From assembly GCA_964016885.1 (NCBI GenBank), contig OZ024745.1, forward strand, positions 117,676,001 to 117,740,000: a DNA stretch of 64,000 nucleotides, written 5' to 3'. This DNA comes from Eledone cirrhosa (taxonomy: Eukaryota). The notes beneath the pieces were generated by a model. The model had not been told where the DNA came from, did not search any database, and saw only the letters and a list, made by a program, of their open reading frames with translations. A program made the translations under genes and the position numbers. Below, piece after piece: positions 1-13,011 of this stretch; position 1 is the stretch's first letter, and each line of letters opens with the position of its first letter.

Positions 1-88
1 ATTGTGGGAAAACGTCTAGGAAACAACAGCCAGAGCAGTACAAATAAAACTTCTAGTTATACATTGGCTCCAAGACAAACATTGAAAC

Positions 89-376
89 CAGTAGTTCCCA
101 AACTTTTGTGCACCATGCCAAAACATCTAAAAAATTGTTATGCCCCCTTGACATGAAAACAACAATGATCAACTGCCAAGTGTAAACAAATTGGTGTAGG
201 TGGTGTCAGGTACACAATGTGTGGAGGAGGAAGTGAGACAGGAGTTTCTAACAGTAATGTGTAGCAAAGCTGCCTTGGTGTAAAAGTAATAAGCTAAAAT
301 ATGTAGTGTGTTCTTATTAATATCATTTTCAAATTGCCCCTCATCTGAGACAAGCACCTCACATTGGGAACCACTG
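89..376. mobile_element. hAT-type MITE
   Basis: TIRs CAGTAGTTCCCAA / TTGGGAACCACTG; degenerate 8-bp flanks attgaaac / atttaaat. Confidence 0.65.
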
Positions 377-427
377 ATTTAAATAGAAAATAAGAGATAC
401 ACCACGTCTGTTTATACAAATAAATAT

Positions 428-560
428 GAAGGCGTGCGGATGATTGGTTAGAGAACTAGATTCACAATCCTGAGGTTGTGAGTTTGATTCCTAGACTGGG
501 CGATGCATTATGTCCTTGAGCAAGACACTTTATTTCACGTTGCTCCTTCTACCTGGAGTT
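428..560 (+). mobile_element. tRNA-derived SINE, family B (5' part)
   Basis: tRNA-like head followed by gtccttgagcaagacactttatttcacgttgctcc; same family at about 24259-24530, 29444-29680(-), 52335-52670, 55180-55463 and 62893-63040(-). Confidence 0.7.
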
Positions 561-1246
561 GCGACTGATAGATAATATTAGCAATCGGAAAGACCAACGG
601 AAACCTTGTTTCCTCGGTCCGATTTGACAAAAGTCAATCGACTGTCAATTCATATGGAAACTGTGACTGTCCCTGCATAGAAGAGCAAACAAAACACAAG
701 ATAAAAAACACCCACTGAATAAAAGAAACACTAATCAACAAGAGGTATTTTAACAAACTATTAAAGCAAGTTATAGAACTACAAAGGAATACACTGCAAC
801 AAACACAACAGATACTACAACTGTCAAAAATAAACAAACTGTTTAATGAATCAAATGCATGTTGCTATAGAATTGGTGAACACAGTATAAAAAATCATGT
901 AAAAACAGAACACAAAATACCTAACCCACTAAATAACACTAGAGTAAAGATGCCAAACTTAATATATGTATCATCATCATCATCATCATCATTTAATGTC
1001 CATTTTTCCATGTTTGCATAGGTTAGACAGGCTGACACATGAGACAAATCGGTCTGGAGACCAACATGCTCATATGGATCTGTATTTTGGTTTGGTTTCT
1101 ATGGCTAGAAACACTTCCTAACACCAACCATGTTAAACTGGGTGGTTTTTTTTTTTATCATGGCACTGAAATGACCACTTAAACAGGGTGGTCTGGGTGC
1201 TTTTTGTCATATGACCAACAGAACCAATATACAGGGTGGACTGGAA

Positions 1247-1500
1247 ACTCAGACTCAAAACAATATTTACTATTCACTCCCTTCTACCCTAAACATAGAC
1301 AAATAGATATTTCTTTTACATTGGTGAAACAAATATGCACAATTGTTTCCAATCCCTCAATATGAGATCAAAGGCTGGTAGAACTACAAAATTGCTTACA
1401 GTCAGTAAAAGGTAAATCAAAAGTAACCCCACTTCCATTTATATCAACATACAACCAGAGGAACATTAAAATCCATAATCACATTCATAGGAGCCTACCC
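1247..1500 (+). pseudogene. Penelope-like retroelement relic (RT thumb/linker region)
   Basis: Degenerate translation DSKQYLLFT...HRQIDISFTLVKQICTIVSNPSI*DQRLVELQ...PLPFISTYN resembles the Penelope TDxxxYLxxxSxHP...IP..LARRICTIVS...R+.EL region. Confidence 0.6.
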
Positions 1501-1802
1501 ATTTTGTATAATGACCAAAAAAAAAAATGAAAAATATCTTGGAACTCATAATCTTGTCTCTGTTTTAATATGCTGAGAATTCCCTCCATGCACATGGTTT
1601 TTCCTGCAGCTTAAGTGGAACTTAAATGGCAACAATTTTACTAGGCCCTGCAAAGTCCATCAGCACTACTAACCTAACTAAATAAATATTATCATAATTT
1701 TACATCCGTTTTTCCATAGTGTCATGGATTGTATGTCTTCTGGAAGTAAAATTTCCAAACAACTCATGCTTTATACACTGGATACAATGGCATTATTACT
1801 AA

Positions 1803-1996
1803 GGGCAGTGGATTGGCAGTATCAGTAGAGGGTCGGACACCATGCTTTTCTGCATAAAGTTACGTCCCTTTACAGTCTGAGTTCACATCCTGCCGAGGTT
1901 AACTTTGCCTTTCATCCTTATGGGGTCAATAAAATAAAGCACCAGTAATGTACTGAGATAATTGCTGGCCTTGTGCCTAAAGTAGAAATAATTATT
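1803..1996 (+). mobile_element. tRNA-derived SINE, family A
   Basis: A-box-like TGGCAGTATCAGTAG, B-box-like GAGTTCACATCC, central ctttgcctttcatcctta..ggggtc.ataaaataaag.accag, tail cctaaagtagaaa(tat)n. At least 15 related copies in the window, e.g. 4213-4430, 28160-28345, 31580-31760, 32805-33008(-), 35699-35885, 41677-41865, 44660-44910, 52007-52220, 57437-57629(-), 57652-57838(-). Confidence 0.8.
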
Positions 1997-2829
1997 ACAA
2001 ATGGAACCAGATATTTTGTTTGGTTGCATAATTATCTTTGGATGATAAGTGTGGTGGATTTGCAGAATTATTAAAGCATTGGACAAAATGTCACATGGTA
2101 TTTGTACTAACTCTTTACATTCTTAGTTCAAATCCTGCTGCAGTCACCTTTGCCTTTCATTCTTCCTGAATAGAATAATGTACCAGACAATATTTGGGTC
2201 AAATTAATTAACTGACCCATAAGCATAAATCAGAAAAAATTAATTATTTTCTGATGTGTTTGTTGTGTTGTACAAGTCGACTCTGCTTAGGTTGATCTGT
2301 TCTATGCTCAGCACTTCAGCATTGATTAGGACCTAGAGTAAGTTAGCCTGCTGGGGTTCATTTCTCTATAAGTCATAAGTAGTTCATTGGACAAATGTCT
2401 GGAGATATAAATGTCTCATGGAGTAGGTCAAGTGAATGGAGAAGTTGGTCAAATGACTATGGAGATTATTTTGCTGTCTCACTGAGTTGCTAAGCTGGTC
2501 AACTGACTGGGAAGATTTTGTCTGATACATTTAGTTGAAATTCCTGTTTGCATAAATACAAAATACTTGGGACCATTTGTTTTAATGACACAAACAGTGA
2601 TTCAGAGAAGACTTTACAGAGCTAAAGAAATCTACAACTTTTCATATTGATCACGATTTAGTGTTTACACTAATGAACGTTTTGAAAGACTAGAGATTAA
2701 ATATAATTTGATCACAAATTATTGTTGTTATTGCTCTTGCCATATTACTCAATTCAAAGTATTGCTATTTAAGTCTCTCTGTAAACATACAAGATTCTAT
2801 AAATACGAGGGTTGGCTGAAAAATTCATA

Positions 2830-3997
2830 CTCTTTCGTTTCTTGTGGAAAGGAAAAGTTCCACAGTTCAAAAAATCCATCTGCTGCCAACACCAACTTCG
2901 TGGAGGTCTCGGGATGCTATTGATGCTGATACACAAACATGTACTGTGGCTGTTGCACCTGCAGAAATACCCCAAGTCCTACAATGATGACACTGACACC
3001 TAGCTGACGTGTGCGTCTTCTGTTACACATGTAACAGGACTATTTCATACCTCGCAACAATAATGTATTTATACATGATTTGGTTAAACAAACCAATTGT
3101 TTTAGATCGCATATGAAAACATTGTAGCCACCTCATTATAAAACCTTCTGGTTCACCAGAGAGATAACTCTCTTGGACAGCGAGATGAAAAGACATTCTA
3201 CAGGATAATTCCTACTGTGATCCTCCTATAATCCTGCTATGAGGAATTGAACATTTATCAACAAAGCATGTTCCACATTTCTATAGACACGTTTATCCAT
3301 AGCTCATCTCCTTAGTGGAGCTGCAGTCCCAAGTCAAGCGCTGACTTAGGATGGGTACCTGAAATTTAGAGTGTCGCCAGGCAATCACGGCACTCTACAA
3401 ACTGGACAAAACAATCAGCAGTCCGAAAACAAACATTTACTTTCTATAAAGTTTTTGTAGAGGGAATGAGTGATGATGACCTAGTAAGCACTCTGGACAT
3501 TGACAAGAACAGTATGAGCAGACTTTTCTGGAAGACATTGATGATGGGAACCATGGACTATTTCCAAAAGTCTTTGGCTTGGCAGATCTATAGACACTGA
3601 AGAGCTAAGACCCCAGCCTATCTGAGATGTGTGATGTCTTTCCATGTCTGTATTTTACAGATTTATGGGGTTGTGCCAAACAGCTGCCATCATGAGTAGG
3701 AGGTATGAGGATGTCAGCCAAATCTATAATGAAAATCGAACTGCCTTCTTTGCTTTGTAAGTTTTTCTCTGCATAACAGCTATGGTAAAATAAGTTGTAT
3801 AGTGGACACAGGTGGAAATTTGCAGGACAGGAACTTTTCTTTCTGGCCAAGCTCTCATTAACTTCATCAAGTATTACTTGAGGAGAAAAGTAATGGTGGA
3901 AAGAGCGGTTCTGCCGTCTAGAGTGTTTCACGAAAAGTGGATGGGAGCAACAGGATTGATGAGGTTGAAAGGATCTTTTCTGACTATATTTTTCTAA
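2830..3997 (+). pseudogene. Tx1/L1-clade LINE ORF2 C-terminal relic
   Basis: LFRFLWKGKVPQFKKSICCQHQLRGGLGM matches the post-RT FxWxGK...C.....GGLG motif of L1/Tx1 elements; ends ...YYLRRKVMVER...FHEKW; many stops and frameshifts. Confidence 0.6.
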
Positions 3998-4698
3998 GAT
4001 AGGAGGAAAAGAATCTAGGAGTGGGCCATTTTAATGCAATTAGTGATACAGAGTAATCCAGGACTTTGTGTAGGGTTTTCACCCCCAGAATTACCCTAGT
4101 TGGTTTTTCCCTTCTATTGGGGAATATTTCTTGATGGAAATTTGTTACATTTATTGTTTTTGTTAATTTTGAACCTCGTAATTAGAAATAAATTTCACTT
4201 TGTGGTGTCATCAGATTTGGGACATTGAAGTCCTAGAGTGTCGGACAACATGCTTTGCAGCATAGAGTTACGTCTCTTTACGTTCAGTGTTCAAATCCCG
4301 ACAAGGTGAGCTTCGCCTTTCATCCTTACGTGGTCGATAAAATAAAGTACCAGTAACGTATTGAGTCGATTTAATAAATCTTTTCCTGCCCCTACCCCAA
4401 ATTGTTGACTTTATACCTAAATTATTATTATTAATGTCGTCCATTTGAGTAGCTGGAATGAAAACTAAAACTCAAGAATTTCTGAAATTGAAAGAAAAGT
4501 TTGCTTGCAAAACAAAAACAACAAAAAAAAAATCATAAAACAAATAAATTATTTGAACTCATATATAAAATATTAATTTAATAATTTCTATTATTTTATC
4601 TCATGATGAAACCAATACGCAGTTGTTTGACCAAGTACAAATAGTAGCCAAATCCCCCTATAATCACCGACTCCTTTCCACAAAATTTAAAATTGTAA

Positions 4699-4740
<42 letters not shown>

Positions 4741-6392
4741 GAATAACCGAGTATCGGAAAATCGGCTCACGAGTTTACGATAAACAAATCCGACATGAGT
4801 GGCAGAGGGCTCAATAATTCAATTAAATCAGAGCTATAACTATCGTTAAAATACCAACACACAAAGATTATGTCTAAAATCACCCATGCGGCCGAAAAAT
4901 TACGACCAGGAAGATTCGGGTCACTCAGATAAAATATCAATAAATCAATAAATCATATGAATGTAAAAAGCTTACATATATGTAAAAAGCTTATATATAT
5001 ATATATATATATATAATTTAAAATTGCAAAAAATAAATAAATAAATGAATAAATAAAATCCCTTAAGACAAATATATTGGCCACAGCACAGAGAAAAATA
5101 ATTCTTCTGTAGCTACGAAACAAATCAGCCCAAGTTTAAAAACATGGTAAGGGAGGTGTGCTGGGTCATTAAGACAGCACAAACTTTAGGTTCTGAATGG
5201 TAGAGAAGCAGAGCGGACGAACAGGAAGAAGGGAAGGAGTGAGTGATAAGCTGGTTCGTGTTGTCACCGTTGGACACTACATACATACACATACATTAAC
5301 GCATTTATTTAAAAAGTTATTTCATATTTTAACCAATTGATGAAGATAACAAACCAGCTTAATATTATACGAATAAAAAAATAAAAAGAAAGCTTAATAT
5401 ACTGAAGAAACAAAAAAACATATCCAAGAAAATAAAAAACAAATCTCTGAAATAAAGAAATAACAAAAGAAAAGTAACAGAAGAAATTAGAAATAAAACT
5501 AAACGAATACATTAAGAGGCAAAATGTGAAACAGGTAACAATATCAATCAATTAAATTCTTGTAACTAGCGCAACCAGTTGGGGTGTCACTTTAGACGTT
5601 TGACTGTGTGTCCATCATGGCATTACAATAGTCCTTTAGAAATGCTTGGCAGTGCCCACCTCTCTAAGCATCCAGTTTCTCACTAAATTTAACATGTCAG
5701 CACATGCAGTTACGAGAGCGGGGCTGAAAAATGTCCTGAAGCCAGAAGTGATAGGTGAGAATCAGTCTACTTGCTCTTCCATTAAGGATGTCGTTGCCGT
5801 ACATCAAGGTATTCTCTCTACCTAAACACTCCAGTTTTGAGATTAAGGTACGCCTGCTATTGAAATAACGTTTCTTTAAATCACTTCACCCTATTTTCAA
5901 AGGAACGTTATATAACGCTATGTCCAGTATTGAAATAACGTTTCTTTAAATCGTTTCGTTCTACTTTCAAAGAGACAGTGGGGGAAAGGTATGTCCGGTT
6001 TTGAAATAATGATTCTTTAAATCCTAGATAATTGTACGCCCGGTATTGAAATAATATTTCTTCGAATCACTTTACTTGATGTTCGAAGAAACATTATAGA
6101 GATTCGAAATGGGAGACGATAAAAAGTGGGGGAGTTGGTGGAGGAGAAGATAGCGCAAGAAACGTTGCCAAGTGAAACAGAAATAAATTGCTTATAAAAC
6201 GAACGGAGGGTGTTTTGATTTTGTGGAAAATTAGAAGCCTTAAATCTATTCTTTCTACCAAATGACTAACGATATGGTAGAAAAAAAAAAGAACCTCTTG
6301 CGCCTATTTATTTGCGTTTTCGATTTCTTGCTTTTCTTTTCCTAAGTTTGTTATTGGATTGTGTGGTTAGAAAAAGCTACTTCATTTGCCGC

Positions 6393-6584
6393 TTATTGCT
6401 GGCACCGGTAATCCAATGGCTGGTTTCTCCTCTCCCACGTGCGTACAATCCAACTCGTTAACCGGGAGCTCCAAAACTGACGTCCACCACCTTCGTTGAC
6501 CGCGCTAGAGAGAGGCAGACCTGCTGGCCCTACCGGTAGAGCACTCCCCAGCCTCCGACCACCGCACACCGCACCATACCCACA
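6393..6584 (-). mobile_element. 3' LTR (probably truncated) of Gypsy element
   Basis: On the minus strand a polypurine tract AGGGGAGGCG lies just after the pol C-terminus and directly precedes TGTGGG; GC-rich until about 6393. Confidence 0.6.
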
Positions 6585-6598
6585 CGCCTCCCCTGATC

Positions 6599-8440
6599 TC
6601 AAGGATCAATTTCCCCCTCGTCCTGCTGCATATGAAAGTCTGCTGTCCAGGTTGGTGGTTTGCGACTTCTTTGCGATCTCCACAGTGTTGGGGCGGCACT
6701 TTGGGTTTCCTCTTCCTCGGAGTCCGTTGACACAGTAATTCTACGGACATCCAGGACATGACGTGGTACTCCGTCCACGGACACATTGTTCTGGGAATTT
6801 ACGGCCGTCACCGTTCCCCTTCCCCATTGAGATGTGCAACGTGCATCTGGGGGCTTAACCCAGACTTCTTCGCCCACCTGCACGAATGCATTCTCTCTCT
6901 CCACTGGCCGTTGTGGTGGCGTGCACGGGTGCCGCCACTTGTATCTGAATACTGCTCTGTGTGACACCGATTCCTCAGCCTGACCCACCCAAGGAGACAT
7001 GTTGTACCAGAACACTGCCTCCATTGGTGAGATGTGGTCCCCGCTCCGCCATTGCTTTGATCGTCCGGTGGTGTCGCTCCACGATTCCATTTCCGCTCGG
7101 CCTGTACGCTGCTCTGAAGAAACGGTCCACCTTCCATCCATCGAGCATCTCCCTCAGCGCCTCCGAGCGGAACGCAGCGCTGTTGTCCATCAGCAGTTCG
7201 TCCACAGGGCCCCGCTCCAAGAACACCTCTCTCAACGTCCGCGTGATTTCCTCGGCCGTTCCAGTCTTCATCTCGCTCCATATCGCCATCCGTCCCGGTC
7301 CACAGTCGACCATTGAGAGGAATGTTCCTTGTCGGTAGTGTGTTACATCCACCGCCAATCACTTCCAGTCGCGATCCACCGGGAGGCTTCCCGTTTCGTG
7401 CACACCCGGGACGGGATCAATGGACTGACATCGGACGCAGCCTCTAACTACTTTTTGAACACTCTGTCTGCTAACGTCCGAGTCGATTCTCCTTGCTAGG
7501 AACAGAGTCCTATCCACTCCCATGTGGTGCATATCATGCAACCCTTTCAGATCCGACTCGGTCAGCCGACACACGGCAGCTATCTCCTCTTCTACATCCT
7601 CCGGCGCTTCCATCCAGGCTTTCTTCACCCTGGTTAAAACGTCCGCCCTATTTTTCTCTGAAGGCCCGAAAACTACGCTCAGCCTCAGGTCGAACTTGGT
7701 GGCCAGCTCTCCTAAAGTTCCCAGGCGGCGCTTTATCAGCAACTCCGCCGCCCCTCTCGTTCGCACTCTCTTCTCACCCATCCGAGTACAGTAGCCGAGT
7801 CGGTGCGAATCTCGATGGTGCGCAGTCCCCACCCCAGGGCGAGGTTCACCCCTCTCAACACCGCGTCCAGTTCGGCCGCATTGATGTGGTTGCAATCGTC
7901 CTTCTTCCTAAGCCAGGCTGCATCCTCGACCTCAACGCCTCCTATCTCCAACGTCACACCTAACGCTATGCTGCTGGCATCGCACCATACGGTCCCACTC
8001 TGCGATTTGGAAACATACCAGCGTCCCCGCACTGGGTCGTCGGCCTTCACCCTCTCCACGATCTCCTGCATCATGGCCACCGTCCTCTCTCCCACCCTGT
8101 CACTCCAAGTCACCCCGCCCGCTCGTCTCTTGACATAGCTGCATGCCGTCCGGAGCCACCCAGCAATCGGGTAGTGACCCACCAACTTTCCACACGCAGA
8201 GAAAAGCTCCCGCCTACTGATACTTGGGCCCAGTTCTGGAACTTCATTTCCCCTCTGGAATACTAACACGCCCGTCCTGTCTCGCCGTAGCCTAAGTCCC
8301 AGCGCGGCTCCTCCCTCCAACGCTTCTGACGGCGCCGCAACAAGTCCATACCCCTGTAAATGGCTCGTGACCTCCGCCGCCGACACTACAGACTCGTCCA
8401 CTAGGATGTCGTCAATGTAGGAATTAGTGGCCCTCTTCAT
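6599..8440 (-). mobile_element. Ty3/Gypsy LTR retrotransposon pol (RT end, RNase H, integrase), frameshifted and 5'-truncated
   Basis: RT SYIDDILV; RNase H VWCDASSIALG...HINAAELDAV...IRTDS; integrase zinc finger H..HHMG...C..C; core AVDVTHY...VDC...MDNSAAF...YRPSGNGIVERHHRTIK; domain order RT-RH-IN. Confidence 0.92.
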
Positions 8441-8448
8441 CTTGACGT

Positions 8449-8957
8449 CTGCATGGGTTTGAGGTGCCGATGCGGCAAACTTCTCGACTCTATAGGCCTC
8501 CACGGTCTTTCTTGCCGCCTGAATGCTGGCCACTTCGCGCGTCACACGGAGCTAAACCTCATTTAGAGAGTTTTGGCCCGGGCGAATATCCCCTCAGTCT
8601 TGAACCATCTGGGTTGTCCAGACGTGACGGCAAAAGACCTGACTGTCTTAACCTGTGCACAGGGACGTCACTGTTAGTGACTCTTTTGCTCTTTCCCACA
8701 TCCTGGATGCTGCGGTTAGGACGAGAGCTACAGCTTCTGCAGCCGAGCGGAGTAAGACCCTCAAATACTCTGATCTGTCGGCAAGCTACATTGGGGGAGT
8801 CGAACCGCTGACTGCGATGTTCCTTTCCTCACTGGCGGCTCGCCTAATAGAGGTGACTGGCGAATCTCGCGAGGGTGCTTGGCTGTTTCAGCGCATCAGC
8901 CTCGCCATCACCCGAGGCAACGGTGCGAGTGTGCTGGCTTGCCTCAAAACTCATTAG
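8449..8957 (+). mobile_element. CRE/R2-type non-LTR retrotransposon 3' end (zinc knuckle plus restriction-like endonuclease), decayed
   Basis: CRCG..LDSIGLHGLSC...RH.ELN...LEPSGLSRRDGKRPD...DVTVSD...AERSKTLKY...LFQRISLAITRGNGAS, typical of the CRE-clade C-terminus. Confidence 0.85.
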
Positions 8958-9643
8958 AGAGGTTTCCCAGTACACGCGACATTGCTGTCTTTTGCTCTGG
9001 TGTTGGCTCCGTTGTTCACCCCTTCTTTTACATTTTCTTTAATATTGTAGCATTGAAGGAATATATCTTTCATTGTATCATCCTTTGTAGTGTTACCGAG
9101 GCATTTGTAATGTTATTTATGTATATATTTAAAACATATTTGTTATGTTATTCTATTGTAAATTGATTTATATGCTCTGTTTATATTTTCATTCTGAAGG
9201 AATTGCAAACGATTTGTAATGTTGTTTGTGCCACTATGAAGGATATATTTCCTAACTAGTTGTGATGTGTATGTATATATGTATAGACAACGTCTATGTG
9301 TGTATGTATATATGTATAGACAGGGTGTATGTATATATGTATAGACAGCGTCTATGTGTGTATGTATGTATCTATGTGGGTGTATATATATATTTGAATG
9401 TATATTGGTATGTATATATGTATGTATAGACAGCGTCTATAGAGAGCGAGAAAAGCAATAAATAGAAAATATTCTAGCTAGAGGTAAGAGGAGGAAATAT
9501 AGTGTTTACGAGGTAAATCGGCAAACTAAACAACATAGTCATATACGTACACATGAGTGAGAGAGTTAGAGACAGATAACAGAGGCACAGAGAGAGGGAG
9601 AGAAAAAAAGCAAGAGAGTACGTGTGGAGTCTGTTTAATAACC

Positions 9644-9671
9644 ATGTCGCTGCTACGAGGATGTATTCGCG
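9644..9671 (+). CDS. SDHD: SDHD exon 1 (start of mitochondrial presequence, MSLLRGCIR)
   Basis: accATG context, Arg/Leu/Ser-rich peptide with no acidic residues, consensus G|GTAAGT donor in phase 1 matching the phase-1 acceptor at 51006; linkage across 41 kb is inferred. Confidence 0.65.
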
Positions 9672-10435
9672 GTAAGTCAATACTATTAAAAACACTGAAT
9701 GTAAAATCCTTTGAACAAGTTGTTACTAAATTTGTATTAACCCTTTCGAGAGAGAAACATTACTTTTTACATTATTATAAGTAATTCTTGCTTTTATATT
9801 GTATGTCTGTCTTCTTAAATCGTAGTACCCTCTAATTACCCGTTATCAAAGAAACTAGCTAAAAGAATAGTACGAGTAATTTTTGAAATATTAGCTTCAA
9901 GGATAAATAAAGAACGACCACCACAAAACTATAAAAACAAAATGTTCTTACGATAGACACAATTATAACATTAAATGATAAATGGGTAGGTACTCGTATT
10001 TTATTAAGATCCCTAGAAGATCCAAGAGGATGTAATTACGTGTGCCTTATATACATAAAGACCCCAATTTATTATACACACACACACATATATATATATA
10101 TATACACACATATTAGCTCTTATCAGGGATAAAGGTGTGTGTTATCTAACCAATTGAAGGTCGATGGGCAAGTCGTAGATGTGCGACTATAAATAAGATT
10201 TAGAAATACCTTATTAAAGACGCTTTTCTGTTAACATACCATCTACATTCTAGTAGATGTACTTCATTTTGTTTAAATATTCGTAGGGTGACGATGTATT
10301 TATTGTATAAACAGGACAAAACGTATTATTAAGATGGGTCGGTCATATAAGTGTGTATGTATATATATAAATATTTGTATCTTTTACATTCAAAATCTAA
10401 CAATTACATACTAAAGTGTTAATGATGGTTGGCTT

Positions 10436-10474
<39 letters not shown>

Positions 10475-10502
10475 GTGGTTACACAACAGTTAGTTCACCA
10501 TA

Positions 10503-10542
10503 CCGAGAACAGTTGTTTCACCTTCGCGGATCCTCAGCTCGG
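10503..10542 (-). ncRNA. Minimal type I hammerhead ribozyme motif
   Basis: Minus strand reads CCGAG-CUGAGGA-UCCGCGAAGGU-GAAA-CAACUG-UU-CUCGG: stem I CCGAG/CUCGG, conserved core, short stem III, GUU cleavage triplet; lies between (TA)n tracts. Confidence 0.65.
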
Positions 10543-10543
10543 G

Positions 10544-10588
<45 letters not shown>

Positions 10589-12950
10589 CACACATATATA
10601 TATATGTACAATGCCCTTGAAAGGGTTAAACTCATTCTGCCGGCTGGTATAAGACAGTTTCCTTGTTTTACACACACATACGATTCTAATGTGTGTATAA
10701 ATGTATATAATACACATACATATATATAATGTATTTGTGCTTGGTATGAAAAAATGACGGATAAAATCTTAGAAATCCTAGGCCAATGTACCACTTACAG
10801 TTATTTCGCATTTGTTAATATCGCTAATATGCGAGGGAAATGTGTGTGATGGATTTTGGTGTTTGTTCGAGAAGATAGCTTGGTTGTTCGTGAAACTGAA
10901 TAAGTTTGCGTCTTTATTCAACTGATTTTAACCGACCATGCGAGGTTTAGTTGGGACGCCAGTGTTTTTGTGAATTCCATGTGTTCAAATCCCGCCGAGG
11001 TCAACATTACTTTTGATCATTCTGGAGTTAATGATATAAAGCACCAGTTAAATTCTGCAATCGATTTAATATTATATTCCTGTAGGAGATGTGAATGGAA
11101 TTATATTAGAAAATTTAACCCGCTTATCAAATAGGTTTTCTGCTTATGTAACTATTAGTTTTATGTAATATACTCAAACATGTTCAAATAACCTTTGTTT
11201 TTACTTTTGATAGCCAGTATGACATTTTCTTGTCAAAATATCTTTGTAAATAACTCAAATGTATATCCCGAATTTAGTTTGTCTTTTTTTATAGACTACC
11301 TTTTTTTTAATGAGCTTACGCGGGAGCTTCTATGCGCCTGCTAGAAATAGCAGCCAAATATTCCTAAAATTTTGCCTCACTATCTTAAAACCCGACGGAC
11401 ACGTTAGATAATGTAGTCCTAGATTGAATATGTTTGAGCATATGTCCGCTGGATTAAGTCTGGCCATCAACATTACCTTTTTTTTCTTTCTATCGTATCG
11501 TAATTTTCGAAATGTTTGTTTGAATGTACACACACCTGTCTATCTGTACGTATCAGGTTTCAAGAAATAATACGAGTGCTTGTGGCTCTTTCAATTAAAA
11601 AAAATGTTGCTATTTTTCTCTCGGATGTGTATATGTATTGTAATTTAAGCCCAGATCAGCTCTGTTATTAAAGATGTAATATGTGACTATCTCAGACTTA
11701 GTGCACCTAGATAGGACATCTAATGCCCTTCTCTTTTGTATGATTTGAGGGAGATTTAGCTGTTATTCCTAGCTGGGGCGGGATATCACACTGCGATTCT
11801 CCACAGTATTTTATGTGTGGAGTTGCTATTTAATTTACTACCCCAACAGATGGGTAATGCATGTAGTTAGTCTTGGCATGTGGTTCTGGGTATATTTAAC
11901 CATTGTTACTTGCCACGTGGAGTTGCTACAAATTTTGTCACTAATGTAATTTTATTTCCCCACAAAGTAAAGATGCTTTCAAACTTTTCGTGAAGTAATT
12001 TCGATATCTAGTTGTGTTACATCAATAATGTGTAGAGTGAAGCGAAAACAATAAATCGAAGAAATATGGATTGCGGAGTATTTCATATATAGTTTTAGTT
12101 TACACCATCGCCTCTTATTAAAAGAGATACAAAGCAGTTCAAAGCTTTACAATTAATAATAATTTCGAGCAAAGACGGATCTTTATTTTTTTAATTTTTT
12201 ATAGTTAATGTAAAACGGGGTTGAGATATACTACCATAGCAGTCGTGTATTGCTAATAGTGATGCTGTGATATATGATTTCCTGGACATAACCTTCCATG
12301 TCGTCAATCTGCCAACTCCAAACAAAATGGTATGGTCACTGTTGGGATGTATTGGATCACCCTCGATGAAGGCTGATCAGAACATTAACAACCATCATAA
12401 CACCATGAAGATGAGAATGCGTGCTTTCAAGGACACTATCGGTGTCATATGAAATATTAAGTTACACATCGAATGTCGATATTTTACTTCGCTTTAATCG
12501 CTAATGTTTACGACAAGAAAGACAATTGTGTTTATTTCTTAGAGACATGTCAAAATCATACAGTATGTTTTAGCTCCATCAGACCAACACCCACCCTATA
12601 ATGCGGAAATTAACATCACGACCTCCAAGCGTTATTTAAAAGGTTGCAGCTGGGTTTCGTTTATTACTCGGGAAACTTAGTAAAATTTAATATACGAGTA
12701 TAATCATGTATAAGATTATAGTCAGAGATTCTAATTACATTTGATGAAATTATGCATGCATATATAAAGTTTAACCGTCGGGGTTAAACTTTTTCCTATT
12801 ACCCACTCTACTACCCTAAGTATTGAGTACTCTGGTGCGTTATGGTCCATCTGGTTCCTTACCACAGTTCCTTCGTTATATATATATATAAAGATACCTT
12901 ACCGGTTCAAGTTTTTCTTGGTTATGTCAAAATTTATAAAACAAACTTTG

Positions 12951-13011
12951 TATTTTATCTGATGAAAGCGTACCAAAGTTTTGGTACCCTTGAAATATAT
13001 ATAATAGAATA
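12951..13011 (+). ncRNA. Minimal type I hammerhead ribozyme motif (Penelope-like pLTR)
   Basis: UAUUUUAU-CUGAUGA-AAGCGUACCAAA-GU-UUUGGUACCCUU-GAAA-UAUAUA-UA-AUAGAAUA: stems I and II pair, palindromic stem III, AUA triplet. Confidence 0.7.

Noticed and set aside
1803-1890. tRNA genes at SINE heads
   Set aside because: A/B-box-like motifs are present but there is no cloverleaf, and each continues into a SINE body
5694-5754. Alternative SDHD exon 1 (MSAHAVTRAGLKNVLKPEVI, G|GTGAGA, phase 1)
   Set aside because: Phase-compatible, but less presequence-like (contains Glu) and with a weaker donor than 9644-9671; kept only as a fallback
4900-9600. Head-to-head TIMM8-type partner gene as found at vertebrate SDHD
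   Set aside because: No twin CX3C small-Tim peptide seen on the minus strand upstream; the region is mostly transposon-derived
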